DNA of 64,000 nt from Amoebidium appalachense (lineage: Eukaryota; Protista; Ichthyosporea), in contig CAVNZM010000016.1 of NCBI GenBank assembly GCA_963693365.1, positions 2,817,957 to 2,881,956 of the forward strand, read 5' to 3'. Both the position numbers and the translations under genes were made by a program. This document shows positions 1-11,950 of this stretch, one piece after another. Positions within the stretch are counted from its first letter, which is position 1; every line of letters starts with the position of its first letter. The notes beneath the pieces are model-generated. The model did not search any database. It was given only the letters and a program-made list of their open reading frames with translations, and was not told the DNA's origin.

Positions 1-299
1 CACACAGGCGCATGCAAGCCCTCACACACACACACATTGCTTATCAGGCACGACTGCAAACCACCCTCCCCCTCTCCTCCCCCTCCTCCCCTTCCCACAC
101 ATGCATGCATGCAGGTACACACACGCCCTTCCCTCCCTTCCTCCCCCCCAACCAACACACACACACAAACCCACCTACATTCACCCCATATTCAAAACAC
201 GGACCCACCCACCCACCATCCGTGCAACCCACCCACAACCACACATACACGACGGGACCATCTACTTCCCTGCCTCGTTGGGTATACAACGTACTGCAG

Positions 300-337
300 G
301 CCGAATTTCAAGAGAATGAAGAAGGTGCGATTTATTG

Positions 338-378
<41 letters not shown>

Positions 379-1310
379 ATTTTTTTCCATTACCCCATTG
401 GAAACTGTCTCCATCACTTCTAAGTTTATCATCCTATGCCTCTCTTCCGCCCCCGGGTACCCCTCTGGTTACGTTGCATTTCTCACCACCCATCGAGGTT
501 ACGCCGTTGTGTGTACAAAACATGGTTTTCTTGTGTCTGAGCACTCAGATGTACACCATGTGCACACGGCCAAGTCTATTTCTTTTGTGTGGTGCCATTG
601 CATGATAGTTGCTTGTATCGGATTTCGTTCAAGCTGCATGTTTGTTTGCATGGGGTGTGTGCAAGCGGGCCACATGATTGAGCCATGCCACCAGTTGACC
701 CCTTTCGGTTTTGATTGTAACTTCCATGTCCCCCGTGTGTGTGTGCGTGTGTGTGTGGGGGGGGGGATGGTTGATCTGGCGTTTACCTCCTGGCAAATGA
801 CTTCCCGGTGTTGCATGTCAACAGAGCCATCGAAGACTAATAACTGTGCTGGGCCACAGGACCAGAAGTACGGGTTTGGGGGCAAGAAGAAGGGATCAAA
901 ACGCAACGATCACCAATCAACATCGGTGTGCAACCCCCTCCCCCCCCCCCCCCCCCCCCCAGCCCTTCCCACCACCAACACCCCCGTCCCCCTCCCCCCA
1001 CCCCTGTTACCACACTTTTATGCCGAGGATAGGCTCTGTTTTACTATGCTTACTCGTGTGTATATGTGTGCTCTGCAAAATCTGTGTTGTGTTGTCTGAA
1101 GTGATCTGCCTACTCTGTAACACATTCTTAACCACCACCCCCTCCCCCCCCCCCCCCCCCCCCGTCTCCTTCTCCCCCACATACACACACACACCCGTGC
1201 AACTGTTGCTGGTTGTCTTCCTTGATTGAGCAATATCCTTCTACGTGCATGCGTCTTTGTGGATATTTAGGTGCCATGGATATCTTTAACACGATGGGGT
1301 ATGTTTTGCA

Positions 1311-1401
<91 letters not shown>

Positions 1402-2410
1402 CCCTGCACACGAAGCGGACTAGACGAGACTTACCGCTGAAGGGCGTGTTGCAAGGAGAAAACTCACGGGAGAGACTTGTCAATTATCTTGTGCATGGGA
1501 AACCCGTGAGGACAAGGTGTTTTTTTTCCGTTTTTTTTTCTGTTGCACTAACACAGGAAAAACAGGATATGAGCGGCTTCAATCCCCACAAAAACAAGGC
1601 ACCCATCAAAGGCATGCCTGCAGTAAGCCTCCTTCCCTCCCCCCAGTATTCTCTCCTTCTCCCCCCCCCCCCCCCCCCTTCTTCTCTCCCCCCGTGCTTC
1701 ACCCTCCCAATGGCTCCCATAGGGTTACAAATTACCACACGCTATTTTCAGCTTGCATGCTTGCCCACCCCTCCCTGTCTTCTTGCGCACCGTTTTTGCA
1801 GCCTCTTCCTTGTATCTGCATGGTATGTGTCCCACTTCCATCCCCCAGTTCATTTGATGCCACCACAGCCATCCCTCTTCCATTCACATGCATCTCTTGT
1901 CACTAATGTGCGATTGTGTTTGGTTTGTGTACTTTTTTTGTGACTATTCCATTCAAGAGTGCAGGGAATAACAACGCACTTGTGTGCCTGCACGGAAACT
2001 AGAGAAGCATGCACATGTGTGCTCCTAGGACAACCAGAAAACATGCACGTGTCCACAGTAATTCGCATATGCTTTATTCTATGCCACGGGATTGAATGCA
2101 TGAAGCCTTCCCCCCCCCCTCTACCGCCGCCGCCGCCCCGTCTCCCCCTTGTATCAACGTGAACGCGAAAACATTTTCGAGTAGGCACACAAAGGCACAG
2201 CTGTGTGGATGTGACGTGAATACGAAGAGAGCTAAACAACGTATGCCTGATCGGCCCTAGTCGATCATAAGTTTGGTTGCAAGACTAGAAAATGTTGAAT
2301 AATCGTTGAAGTGCCTACACTAACCATCGTACTTACAGAAGAAGAAGGGTGGGGCACCCAAGAGGCCGGGCAAGGCACGACGACAGTCAATGAAGGGCAA
2401 GCGCCGGTGA
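300..2410 (+). CDS. EBP2: rRNA-processing protein EBP2 (EBNA1BP2 family), last four exons; gene begins upstream of the window
   Basis: GT-AG exons 300-324, 860-925, 1566-1622 and 2339-2410 join in frame to ...PNFKRMKK-DQKYGFGGKKKGSKRNDHQSTS-DMSGFNPHKNKAPIKGMPA-KKKGGAPKRPGKARRQSMKGKRR*. K(F/Y)GFGGKKxGSKxN and KRPGK are the recognisable Ebp2 C-terminal motifs. Confidence 0.9.
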
Positions 2411-2617
2411 AAGAATGCGAGAGGTGTAGCTGTTATTGGGTGCTATGTATGGGTATATTGACATACCACTGTAAATGCACTGCACTGAAAGTATTGTGTG
2501 CTTGCATATGCTTGCACCTCTTCAGACACGCACACCACTATTGTCGTGGGGACGTATTGTGAGAGGGATGAAAGGAAAGGGTGGTGGGAAAGTAGCAGGG
2601 TACAAGTGTGTGTGTTT

Positions 2618-2648
<31 letters not shown>

Positions 2649-2689
2649 GGGGGGGGGGGTCGGTGGTGGTGGTGTGTGTGTGTGTAGGT

Positions 2690-2721
<32 letters not shown>

Positions 2722-3109
2722 ACTACACTGTAGTGTTGAGTACACACACATTTTGTAACGTTGATTTAGACGGTATCGATGATTTGATTTCTCTGTAGCT
2801 ATAGGAGCAACTGTTATACGGGGATCCCCATAGGAGAAGAAAATGATCAACCCTTGCTTGACAATATGCAAGTTTGTATCTGGAAAATGCAGCCTGTGGT
2901 CATAATTTTCCTCTATCATACAGAATCTGATTATTGCACTTCTTTGGTACTGGTTTTATATCAAATTACACACAACGTCGAAAAGGGCCCGGGTGGCTTG
3001 TTGGTTTGGGGGGTTTGGCAAATTCAGTGAACGTGGATCCCACCTGCTGGGGGGGGGGGGGGGGGGACTCCCGAGGTTTGGTGACGTCACGGCTTCCAGC
3101 TAGATTATA

Positions 3110-3180
3110 TTGGAATGCGCAATCAACCTGCTTCTAGAAGGTTCCATGCTAAACCTTAGCAGGTTGATTGCGCAATCCAA
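3110..3180. other. Near-perfect 71-nt hairpin (inverted repeat)
   Basis: TTGGAATGCGCAATCAACCTGCT (3110-3132) pairs with AGCAGGTTGATTGCGCAATCCAA (3158-3180) at 22/23 positions; inner stem AAGGTT/AACCTT closes an 8-nt loop. Confidence 0.75.
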
Positions 3181-3428
3181 ATTTGTTATATTTGCATGCC
3201 CAAACAACACACACACACACCAGTTTAAACGGTCATGTATCGCCAAATGTAGTTTGATAGACCACACAATACCGCAACACACACACGTCACATTCACAAC
3301 AGACACCCAGAAAGATAGCCTACATGTAAATTACGCATCCTTGATTTTATTCTAAACACGCGTAACTACGACCTTTTTTTTGGATGTATTGATTGGCTTG
3401 AGAAACACATCACTACAAAATTCTAGCG

Positions 3429-3479
<51 letters not shown>

Positions 3480-3507
3480 CCAGCTGATACCGAGTGTCCC
3501 AGGGGAG

Positions 3508-3552
<45 letters not shown>

Positions 3553-3804
3553 AAAAAAAAAAAAAAAAGACGGGGAAACCCAACTAATTGATTTCTCTTT
3601 GTAGTCTTTATGGTGTCTCGTAGAGAAAGTAAACCCTGATATATAGTCATCACCCGACATCTATGTACGTGATCATGATATACCGCTGAGGGGATATTCC
3701 GAGCAAAAACCCCCCCATACCTGAGACTGGTTTCTTTGCCTCGAGTAAACGTTTGACAGCGTAAACCCCCTTTGTTATATATGGCTATTTGAAACTTTTT
3801 TAGA

Positions 3805-3827
3805 TGACGTCACAGTTTGGCGGGAAA
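3805..3827. promoter_or_regulatory. Adjacent CRE palindrome (TGACGTCA) and E2F-type site (TTTGGCGGGAAA)
   Basis: Exact motif matches at 3805-3812 and 3816-3827, about 700 bp upstream of the membrane-protein ATG at 4517. Motif match only; function not shown. Confidence 0.4.
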
Positions 3828-4516
3828 ACCGTAAACCGTACTTGTGAGCTAGATAGCTACGAGAGCTGTCAGAGCTGTGCTGCTTTGTGTATCATCATAT
3901 ATTTGGCATAGTTTTGTCTTTTCTCCAGGACATGAGGGGCATGCAGCCTGACTCAAGCGCGGCCGCTGAGGCTCGGACATGTAGGCGAATGTAAACAAAC
4001 CACGTGAGAGGACGACCTAGCCAAGAGGGCTGGGGCCGCAGCGAAGTGGCCGATGTATCTGCGTCGACACAACGGGCATGCACATGTGCACATGATGCCG
4101 CGCAAATTTTTGCGTTCCTCCGATCCTGAAGTTGCGTCCTCGTACCGTGAATTAGCGGCTCGTTTTAATTTGCAGAGCGCCATGCGTGGGCCGGCCGTTA
4201 AATTTGCACACCCGTCCACACGGGTGGGCAGAGGGTGCGGGACAAATGGCTATGGCCATGGAATGGTGCGCTTTTATCCCAACCCCTATTTATCGACAAA
4301 CATGCAAGTTGTATGCACGTAGTTGCAGCAGTTGGTCCAGTTGTCCCAGCAGTACAAGGTCAACCTACATTTCTCAGAGGTTGCGAGATCCGTGTTTTTC
4401 GGCTCGTCACAGACTATGAGAAACAGAGATCGATACCCAATAATCGTGTTCAGAACTCACCTCAGTTACATCTGACAACAAAAACAGCAGCAGCGCATTG
4501 TTTTGATCGGCACAAT

Positions 4517-6270
4517 ATGCCTTCCTCTTCTACGGATTTGACTGGAGTGGCTGCCCTCACTGTCAACTACTTCACCTCCCGACCGTTGACAGACGCTCAT
4601 GTGGGTACCTTGCAAGGTGGGCTGGTTCAGAGAATTAGCTCTGAAAGCCTGCGTAGCGTGCGACCCCCCGTCACCCAAAAACACATTCGGCGCGCTAAGG
4701 TGGCAGGGTATATTCTCCTTCTATTCTATGCACTGCTTGTGCTCGTTTGCGTCAAGTATTACAGCTATGTAATAGGGATGAACGAGGACGAGACATCCTT
4801 AGCCACAACGTTTTCCGTCGTGCACGCAGTCCTCGTTGTTTTCTTTGCGCTTGCCACATTTGCAACTGTCCTGTTTTTCGAGTGGAGGCTGCGTCGTCGG
4901 CTGCGTGGCTCACGAATCCAAGTATCGCATCCCACGAAGAGGCGTGCACCTTTTCCTCTTGTTCTGGCTTCAGCGGTGGGGGTCACGTTTTACAACTGGT
5001 GCCTGGCATTGTCGTTAACAAATCGGGTGGGCCTGCTGCCAGATTGCTTCAACTACGGCCTGTCGTCCTTTTTCTTGTGGAGTGTTCCGGTCTGGCTTAG
5101 TGTCCCGCTAGAGGTGAGTCAACGTTCTTCTTCGTTTTGAATGATTCCGTTCTTCTTCAGTGTGTTGTCCGGCCCCTCCCCTTCATGTCTCCGCACCGAC
5201 TCTTGCTGGACGTTGTTGGAGGGTGACAGGCATAGTGCACAACCGTTTCTGAACTGGTAGGGTCTGTTTATGAGGTGTGTACACAATATATGATACGAAA
5301 CCGGATGTAGCCACGGCAAACCGTTGGTTTAAAGTGTATACTTAAAGACGGACTTTGACAAACATTGGCGCGAGACCCCTCCCGCTCCATCCCCCCCCCC
5401 TCCCGCCCCTCCCCTCACCATTGTTGCTCCCCATTCATTTTACCCCATAAAGACGGTATTGTTGTATACCTGAATGCTTATCTTACACGCCTCCAGGTTG
5501 GTCCAATCACATTCCTCCTCATCCGTCTCTGTGTAATCTACTACGGCCGCCCAACCGTCAGCCTGAAACCTCAATGGTTGAGCCCAGCAAGCCACCCCCA
5601 CACACTCAACGCAAACGGAGTCGCAACGACCTACCTAGCCGCGATTACCATTCTCTCCCTACCGCCGCTCGTCCCGGATTTGATTTGCGCGATCGATGCG
5701 GAGAGATGCGAGGACATGTACCGGTTCTCGTGGGGCAATGTTTGGTTCGTCGGTTTGTGCCCGCTGCTCCTAGACATTATTGACCTTTTCACTGTGGTGT
5801 GTTTGTTTCAAGTGCGCCAGAGTCTAGAGCAGCACGACCTCAACCAGGTGAAGCTCCTAGCCACCATCTCGATGACCAAGTTCTTTGGCGATTTGATGCC
5901 CGTGTTGGGAACATTGACTTTTTTGGCAAAAGAGCCCCTGTTGAAGATTTTCTACATTGGGTGGATTTACATTCAAGGGTTCGTCTACCCTCTCTTGGTC
6001 ATCACCTACTGGAAGATTTCCTACCAATGCATGCAGCCAATTTTTGAGAGGGTGTCAGCGGCGCTGGCGGCGGCGGAGCGATCCAACAGCGCCGTGAATC
6101 GCAACAGGGAGTTTAGGGGGGAGCTACCCCAGTGCAGTACGGCCGGTTCCACGTCGAGTTCTTATGCTAACCCGAAACCAAAATGTTTCGAATTCGAAGT
6201 ACCCCTGGCTCGTAGCGGAATGGTGGAAATGAAGACAGAAAGAGAAAAAATGAATGCAATTGAAGTCTAG
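4517..6270 (+). CDS. Multi-pass (7-8 TM) membrane protein, GPCR-like, ~456 aa
   Basis: Exon 1 4517-5113 (GAG|GTGAGT) and exon 2 5497-6270 (CCAG|GTT) join in phase 0. There are 7-8 hydrophobic segments; a KRRAPFPLVL loop-to-helix segment is reminiscent of family-C/RGS-associated 7TM domains (inference); the C-terminal tail is hydrophilic. Confidence 0.75.
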
Positions 6271-7924
6271 TTAGAGCCGTGCAGTTTCTATCATCCCTTT
6301 CACTCCCAACTACTGTTTACTACTCCACACCGATTATATTCTAGCCCAGGTTGTACAGTTGTCTTATCACTGATACACGACTACCTAACCTAAATAATTA
6401 GTATTGACTTATCCCAGGGCAGTGCCCCAGCCATGATATTTAGCTAGTGGGACATTAGAGCCGTACAGGCTGTAGATTCTGAAAGTTGAAACTTTAAAGA
6501 ATGAATCGGATCACATGAATTACCGTAAGGCTTGTCTGAGATACTAAGATATTGGATAGCATGTATGGCATATCTATGCCCGGAGCAAGGCAAGTACATA
6601 ACATGGAAGATATACTACCCAACACACACTCACCACAAGCTCACACAGTCAAGTAATTCACGAAAACCACACTAAACACACAGTACATCGCACGGGCACA
6701 CGTATGATGCATATAGTATATGCCACCTACACAACACACACATGTATATACGTGCACAAGACGATGCGGAAGCTTACAGAGACCACTGCAGCTACTCATG
6801 TGTATATCGACTCTATTAATTAACGACGCAACTGCCAGAAAAATTGACCATATATGGTCAATTCTGTTTGTTGGTCCGCCAATAAGCTGAGCGCAGTGCT
6901 TGCCGGCCAGCCACACACACCCACGCTCTCACGCACACACACACACACAAACACGCTTACACTCATACACACACTCACACACACACTTGCAAGCACACGT
7001 GTTTCCGAAGACGCAAGCACGTGTATGATTGCCAGGCCTACGAGAGCACAGGCAGACACCACGGACACTCACGGTAACACACAGGCAAAATGAGAGGTGT
7101 TTTTTTTTTTTTTGAACTTTTATCGATGGTCGTATTTGGGGGGGAATGTGCTGTTTATTAACGACATGTAGGTGAGCTGTGATGAGTTGTCGGCACCAAG
7201 GCCAACAGTACTTCCACCCAACAAGATATACATGTAATAAAATCGGTGTTACACTTACATCATACAAACTTAAGTGGAGATACTAGTAACGTATCGAATA
7301 GACATCATATGTGTATTGAATTATTCAGCACATCTGTCTTTGGGTGGGCACCGGTCCCAGGAGACCTGACAGGGCCTACGTTTCTCTTCAACTGTAGTGC
7401 ATGGTTGGTGATAAGAAGGAGCATGCCGGGGTTTAGGATGGGGCTCATTTCTGAAATTTACCTACCCGCTGAGGAGGGTCTAACGAGATGTTATGGTGCC
7501 ATGGGGTTTAATGTTAGGGTGGTGGCCCACTGGTGGGTGCATGTTGTTGCCGTGTAAATTATGTGTTTGTGGCTGCTGTGTGTCCCTGTAATGATGTGTG
7601 GGTGCACTCATTGCTGCTGTGCACGTGTTAAAGTTTTGGGCTGGCGGGATTTGTGCGGGTGAGGGGGTTTTGAGCTAGGTGTTGTGCTTGGTTTCTTTTT
7701 TACCGTCTGTGGTGGGTGTGTGGTATTATAAGCCGGCAAAAATGAAGTGTTCAAAGCACACCGTTCAGTTACTGACACACACACCCATCCCTCCCCCCCG
7801 CCCCCCCCACCCACCCACCCACCCCCACCCCATCCCCCTCCCCCCCCCCCCCTCCCCCCCCCCCCCCACACACACACACAGACACCGACAACACACACAC
7901 GAACACGCATGCACATACATAAGT

Positions 7925-7966
<42 letters not shown>

Positions 7967-8312
7967 ACAAGCACAAGCAAACAGACGCACACGTGCACGC
8001 GCGTACACACACGCGAGCTTACACACACGTGCAGACATACGTGCGCCAATACGCGGGCACTCGCACACCGTGGCACCCACCCACAGACACACTACGGCAA
8101 CAGTGTCGCCGGGGCACACATACACATGCATATAGTATTGACTCGTTCACACGATCCTTGTATGTGATACTACACGTCCACATGTACACAAAAACACAGT
8201 CAACATTGCCGGTTCCAAATGTATTTTGTGGTTGGCCCACCTACCTGTACGTACGGTGGGGAACGTTGGGAAGATGGTGGTGGTGGTGGTGGACCTGGTG
8301 GCGGTGGTGGTG

Positions 8313-8387
<75 letters not shown>

Positions 8388-8567
8388 TGGAAGTTGGGAG
8401 GCCATGTACGTATTCATCTGGCCATGGATGCTATCATCATGGCACTTTCTTGGCCGCTTCCTCCGGCCAATCCGGAAACACTCAGTCGCGATCGCTCTCC
8501 AGGCATCGTAGCTATAGTGCCTCCAGATCTCCTATCGGTTCTATCAGCCCACCTGTTATGGAAAAAT

Positions 8568-9010
8568 TGTTGGAGTGCAGACTTACGCTCACTCCACAAT
8601 ATGTGTATGTTAGCTTTACAATTGGTTCCGTGTACACAGACACACGCTGACACTCGATCACCACATGCACATCTGCATAGTTGAGGAATGTTGCCAATTG
8701 TGTTTTGACTGCAAACGATTGGTTCACTGGTCCCAGAGATCTCTAAATGAAAGTAACCAATCCGATTAGCGCCTGGCATCCGGATTACATTCCAGACTGC
8801 TGCCCCACGGGTATATAAACCACGGCTCTGCCAGGTGCAGAAATGGAGTTCAGTCATGGAGTTCAGTCATGGAGTTCAGTCATGGAGTTCAGTCATGGAG
8901 TTCAGTCATGGAGTTCAGTCATGGAGTTAACACACTGAAAGCAGTAAAAAACGGGTCAGCGCCCAAGCGCGCCACGACGACCCTAGTCACAGCGGACTCT
9001 ACTTCCAACA
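8568..9010 (+). repeat. 5' LTR (443 bp) with TATA-like TATATAAA and a 13-bp tandem array
   Basis: TG...CA ends with 7-bp terminal inverted repeat; TATATAAA near 8812; (ATGGAGTTCAGTC) x6 plus a partial unit at 8843-8928. Confidence 0.93.
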
Positions 9011-9230
9011 GGGTTATGGGCCCAGACACGACACCGCGGCCTCTAACTTCATTAGAGACTTTCGCTTCCACAAACTCCATCCGCAGCAGCCTGCGACATC
9101 AACGTCAAGTATTCCACTTCATTGGCGGGGCACGCACCACAGTGGAATGCACACCCCGGTCTACCCTGCAAGCAGCCACACTCACTCTCTCTTCTCTAGT
9201 GGTGTGTACACTTCTCCAATTGGGTAGGGG

Positions 9231-9673
9231 TGTTGGAGTGCAGACTTACGCTCACTCCACAATATGTGTATGTTAGCTTTACAATTGGTTCCGTGTACAC
9301 AGACACACGCTGACACTCGATCACCACATGCACATCTGCATAGTTGAGGAATGTTGCCAATTGTGTTTTGACTGCAAACGATTGGTTCACTGGTCCCAGA
9401 GATCTCTAAATGAAAGTAACCAATCCGATTAGCGCCTGGCATCCGGATTACATTCCAGACTGCTGCCCCACGGGTATATAAACCACGGCTCTGCCAGGTG
9501 CAGAAATGGAGTTCAGTCATGGAGTTCAGTCATGGAGTTCAGTCATGGAGTTCAGTCATGGAGTTCAGTCATGGAGTTCAGTCATGGAGTTAACACACTG
9601 AAAGCAGTAAAAAACGGGTCAGCGCCCAAGCGCGCCACGACGACCCTAGTCACAGCGGACTCTACTTCCAACA
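9231..9673 (+). repeat. 3' LTR (443 bp)
   Basis: Direct copy of 8568-9010 including the 13-bp array (9506-9591). Confidence 0.93.
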
Positions 9674-9863
9674 AAAATATCAGCTGCAGTGACCTCGGAA
9701 GAGGACAGATTATGAGCACAGTACGGCAGTGGTTCTCACCCTTGAGTTCGGTTCGTGTATCCAGCCTGTGTCAGTGTGGGCCAAAGTAAACTTTCGGATC
9801 AGTGCTCTCGAGCGGCATGATCTACTCTGCCCACGCTCCTATTGGCTCATCTGGTGGCCACGC

Positions 9864-10227
9864 TAGGGGCATGTAAATCTATTCCAAAAACTTCCCTATC
9901 TATCCCAACGCACTATCCTAGATCTATTTCAAAACGACCTGATTATCATAGATCATATCCCGGATAATATCTTAAAATGTGCTAAAATATCCCGACGATC
10001 TATCCTGAAGGGCCCCATCTATCCCGAAAAATATCATTTCTTATATTTCCGTCGAATAAATCCAGTCAAAAGAAAAAATATATCACGTATCCCGAGGCCC
10101 CCAATCTATCCCAAAATTCTCCGGGGTTAATTTTTAACTCCGAGATACCGGTGATATCTCGATGGCTATATATTGCTGAGCATATTGAAAGTCATTATAA
10201 AAATAAAAATAAATTTACATGCCCCTA
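9864..10227. mobile_element. hAT-like MITE (~364 bp)
   Basis: Terminal inverted repeats TAGGGGCATGTAAATCTATT / AATAAATTTACATGCCCCTA (19/20); TAGGG start typical of hAT TIRs; degenerate 8-bp flanks GGCCACGC / GTCCACTT (5/8); AT-rich non-coding interior with recurrent TATCC motifs. Confidence 0.65.
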
Positions 10228-11950
10228 GTCCACTTGGGAACATTGACGATGTGACGTCACTGTAGGAAGTGCAAATGTGAGGGATCCTTCGAACACCGGT
10301 CAGAGAACCCATGCATGTAAGCAGGAACGGCCTTCAGAATAATTGATACACGAGAAAGTAGTTATAGAATACTATTATCTTTTCTGCGTTTATGTACATT
10401 GTACACAGTGATTTTTTACACCTAACCGCAATAAGCTTGGCGACGGAGTCCAATCAAAGTTTCAAACCCTTTAAAATATTAGAAATAACCAAAAAGGGGC
10501 CCCGAGGATGCAACCTATTCGATAACGCCAGGATCTATCGTAAGTACACATTATCATTAGTGCATTGTCATGCACAATTGTTCGCACATTCGCCGATTGG
10601 TGTAGGTCACCGGTATAAACTCTGACCGGCAAGATGATTGGGTCCGAACTCACACAATCCTCTTGCAAGATTTGATCTCCAGTGTTTACAGTTGAGTCGT
10701 CGACGATCAAGGCCGGAAAACCCCCTCAGAAGTGGGCCATAAAACAGCTACTGTTTGAGCATTATAAGCATATAAATCTTTTTATAGGTTGCATGCGTGC
10801 GTAGCTACTTGCTTAACCTGATGAATTCTGGCATCAGGGTCGGGCAATGCCGTCCGCAGGGCATCAGGGCCGGATCCGGACTCCCCGGAGCCGGCTTTCT
10901 TATGAGATCCGAGACAATATATTATCATAACTGAGAGGCACGAGCCTCTATTTAGCTTCCACTGTAGGATTATCTCACGGACTCACAGTGTAACCGTTGG
11001 TTAAAAAAATATATAAGTGACCTTTAGTTTATTTGCTTATTACCATCCATGAAAGTTTTAGGACAGCACATGTTCAAGCCGGGCGGGCGACGGGCCGGCC
11101 CGATCCTCGCCCATGATCGTTCACGGTCAATCCGTGACGTATTGAACTTGTCCAGCTTGTCGACCTTGCCTATGTACACGTGTTGTAGCGCCCGTAAGTG
11201 CTGCGTGGACAGTTAGTAGCTTTGTGCAGCGATTTATATATCCTAATCAGCCATGCAGAACATTTTACAATAGTGCTGGTTACTGGTGCTAGCCCTGTAG
11301 AGTTCTTGAGTCTTGGTAACTTCGGGATCTCACTGTAGGGTAACCATCTTGTACGTGGACACCTCCAAGATTTGCACACAACCGCCTCTCCAATGATCTA
11401 CGTATACATACAATCGAATCAGTCTTGCAAGGTGTGCCCCCAAGGAATCATTTTAAGTTAGTGTGGTGGATAGGCTTACTCGTGACACCTACAAACACAC
11501 ACCTAGGCAGGCATGCCAAAACCTACCAAGTAGCTGCACTAGTTACCATGTGAACCACAGAATACGATATAAACGTTGACTGGAATATTCTTTACTCGTT
11601 GCTGGAGTGTGTGTCTGGGTCTCTTCTTGATTGTAGCATTGGGCGTCCCGTTTGCATTCACGGAGGTCTTTATCCCCTTTTAATACGTCCTTAAGGCAAT
11701 CAATATTTGTGCTTCTTTTATGACAATTTTACAGTGCAAAGTCGATGACCCTGAGCATGTTCTCTAGTGTTGTCAGCATACAAGCAACGGGGAATTTCAG
11801 TGTGTGATGCCCGATAACTGCTGTGAGTGCTTCTTCTTACCGTTATGCAAAAATTTGGCGTTAATTGCACAAAAACGAAAATGTCTTAACATTCCCCACT
11901 AGTTTTTTGCCTTAGAGCAGCAACATTCACGCACACACTCAACATGCAAA

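Larger units (their letters stand above)
8568..9673 (+). mobile_element. Non-autonomous Copia-derived miniature LTR retrotransposon (TRIM-like), 1106 bp
   Basis: LTRs 8568-9010 and 9231-9673 (443 bp each, TGTTGGA...TCCAACA, no differences seen); 5-bp TSD AAAAT (8563-8567 and 9674-9678); PBS GGGTTATGGGCCCAG at 9011-9025; purine tract GGGTAGGGG at 9222-9230; 220-bp internal region with a decayed RNase H-like remnant. Confidence 0.95.

Noticed and set aside
8843-8928. 13-bp repeat as a mini CRISPR, and ORFs MEFSHGVQSW...
   Set aside because: No spacers; it lies inside an LTR and the ORFs arise from the repeat.
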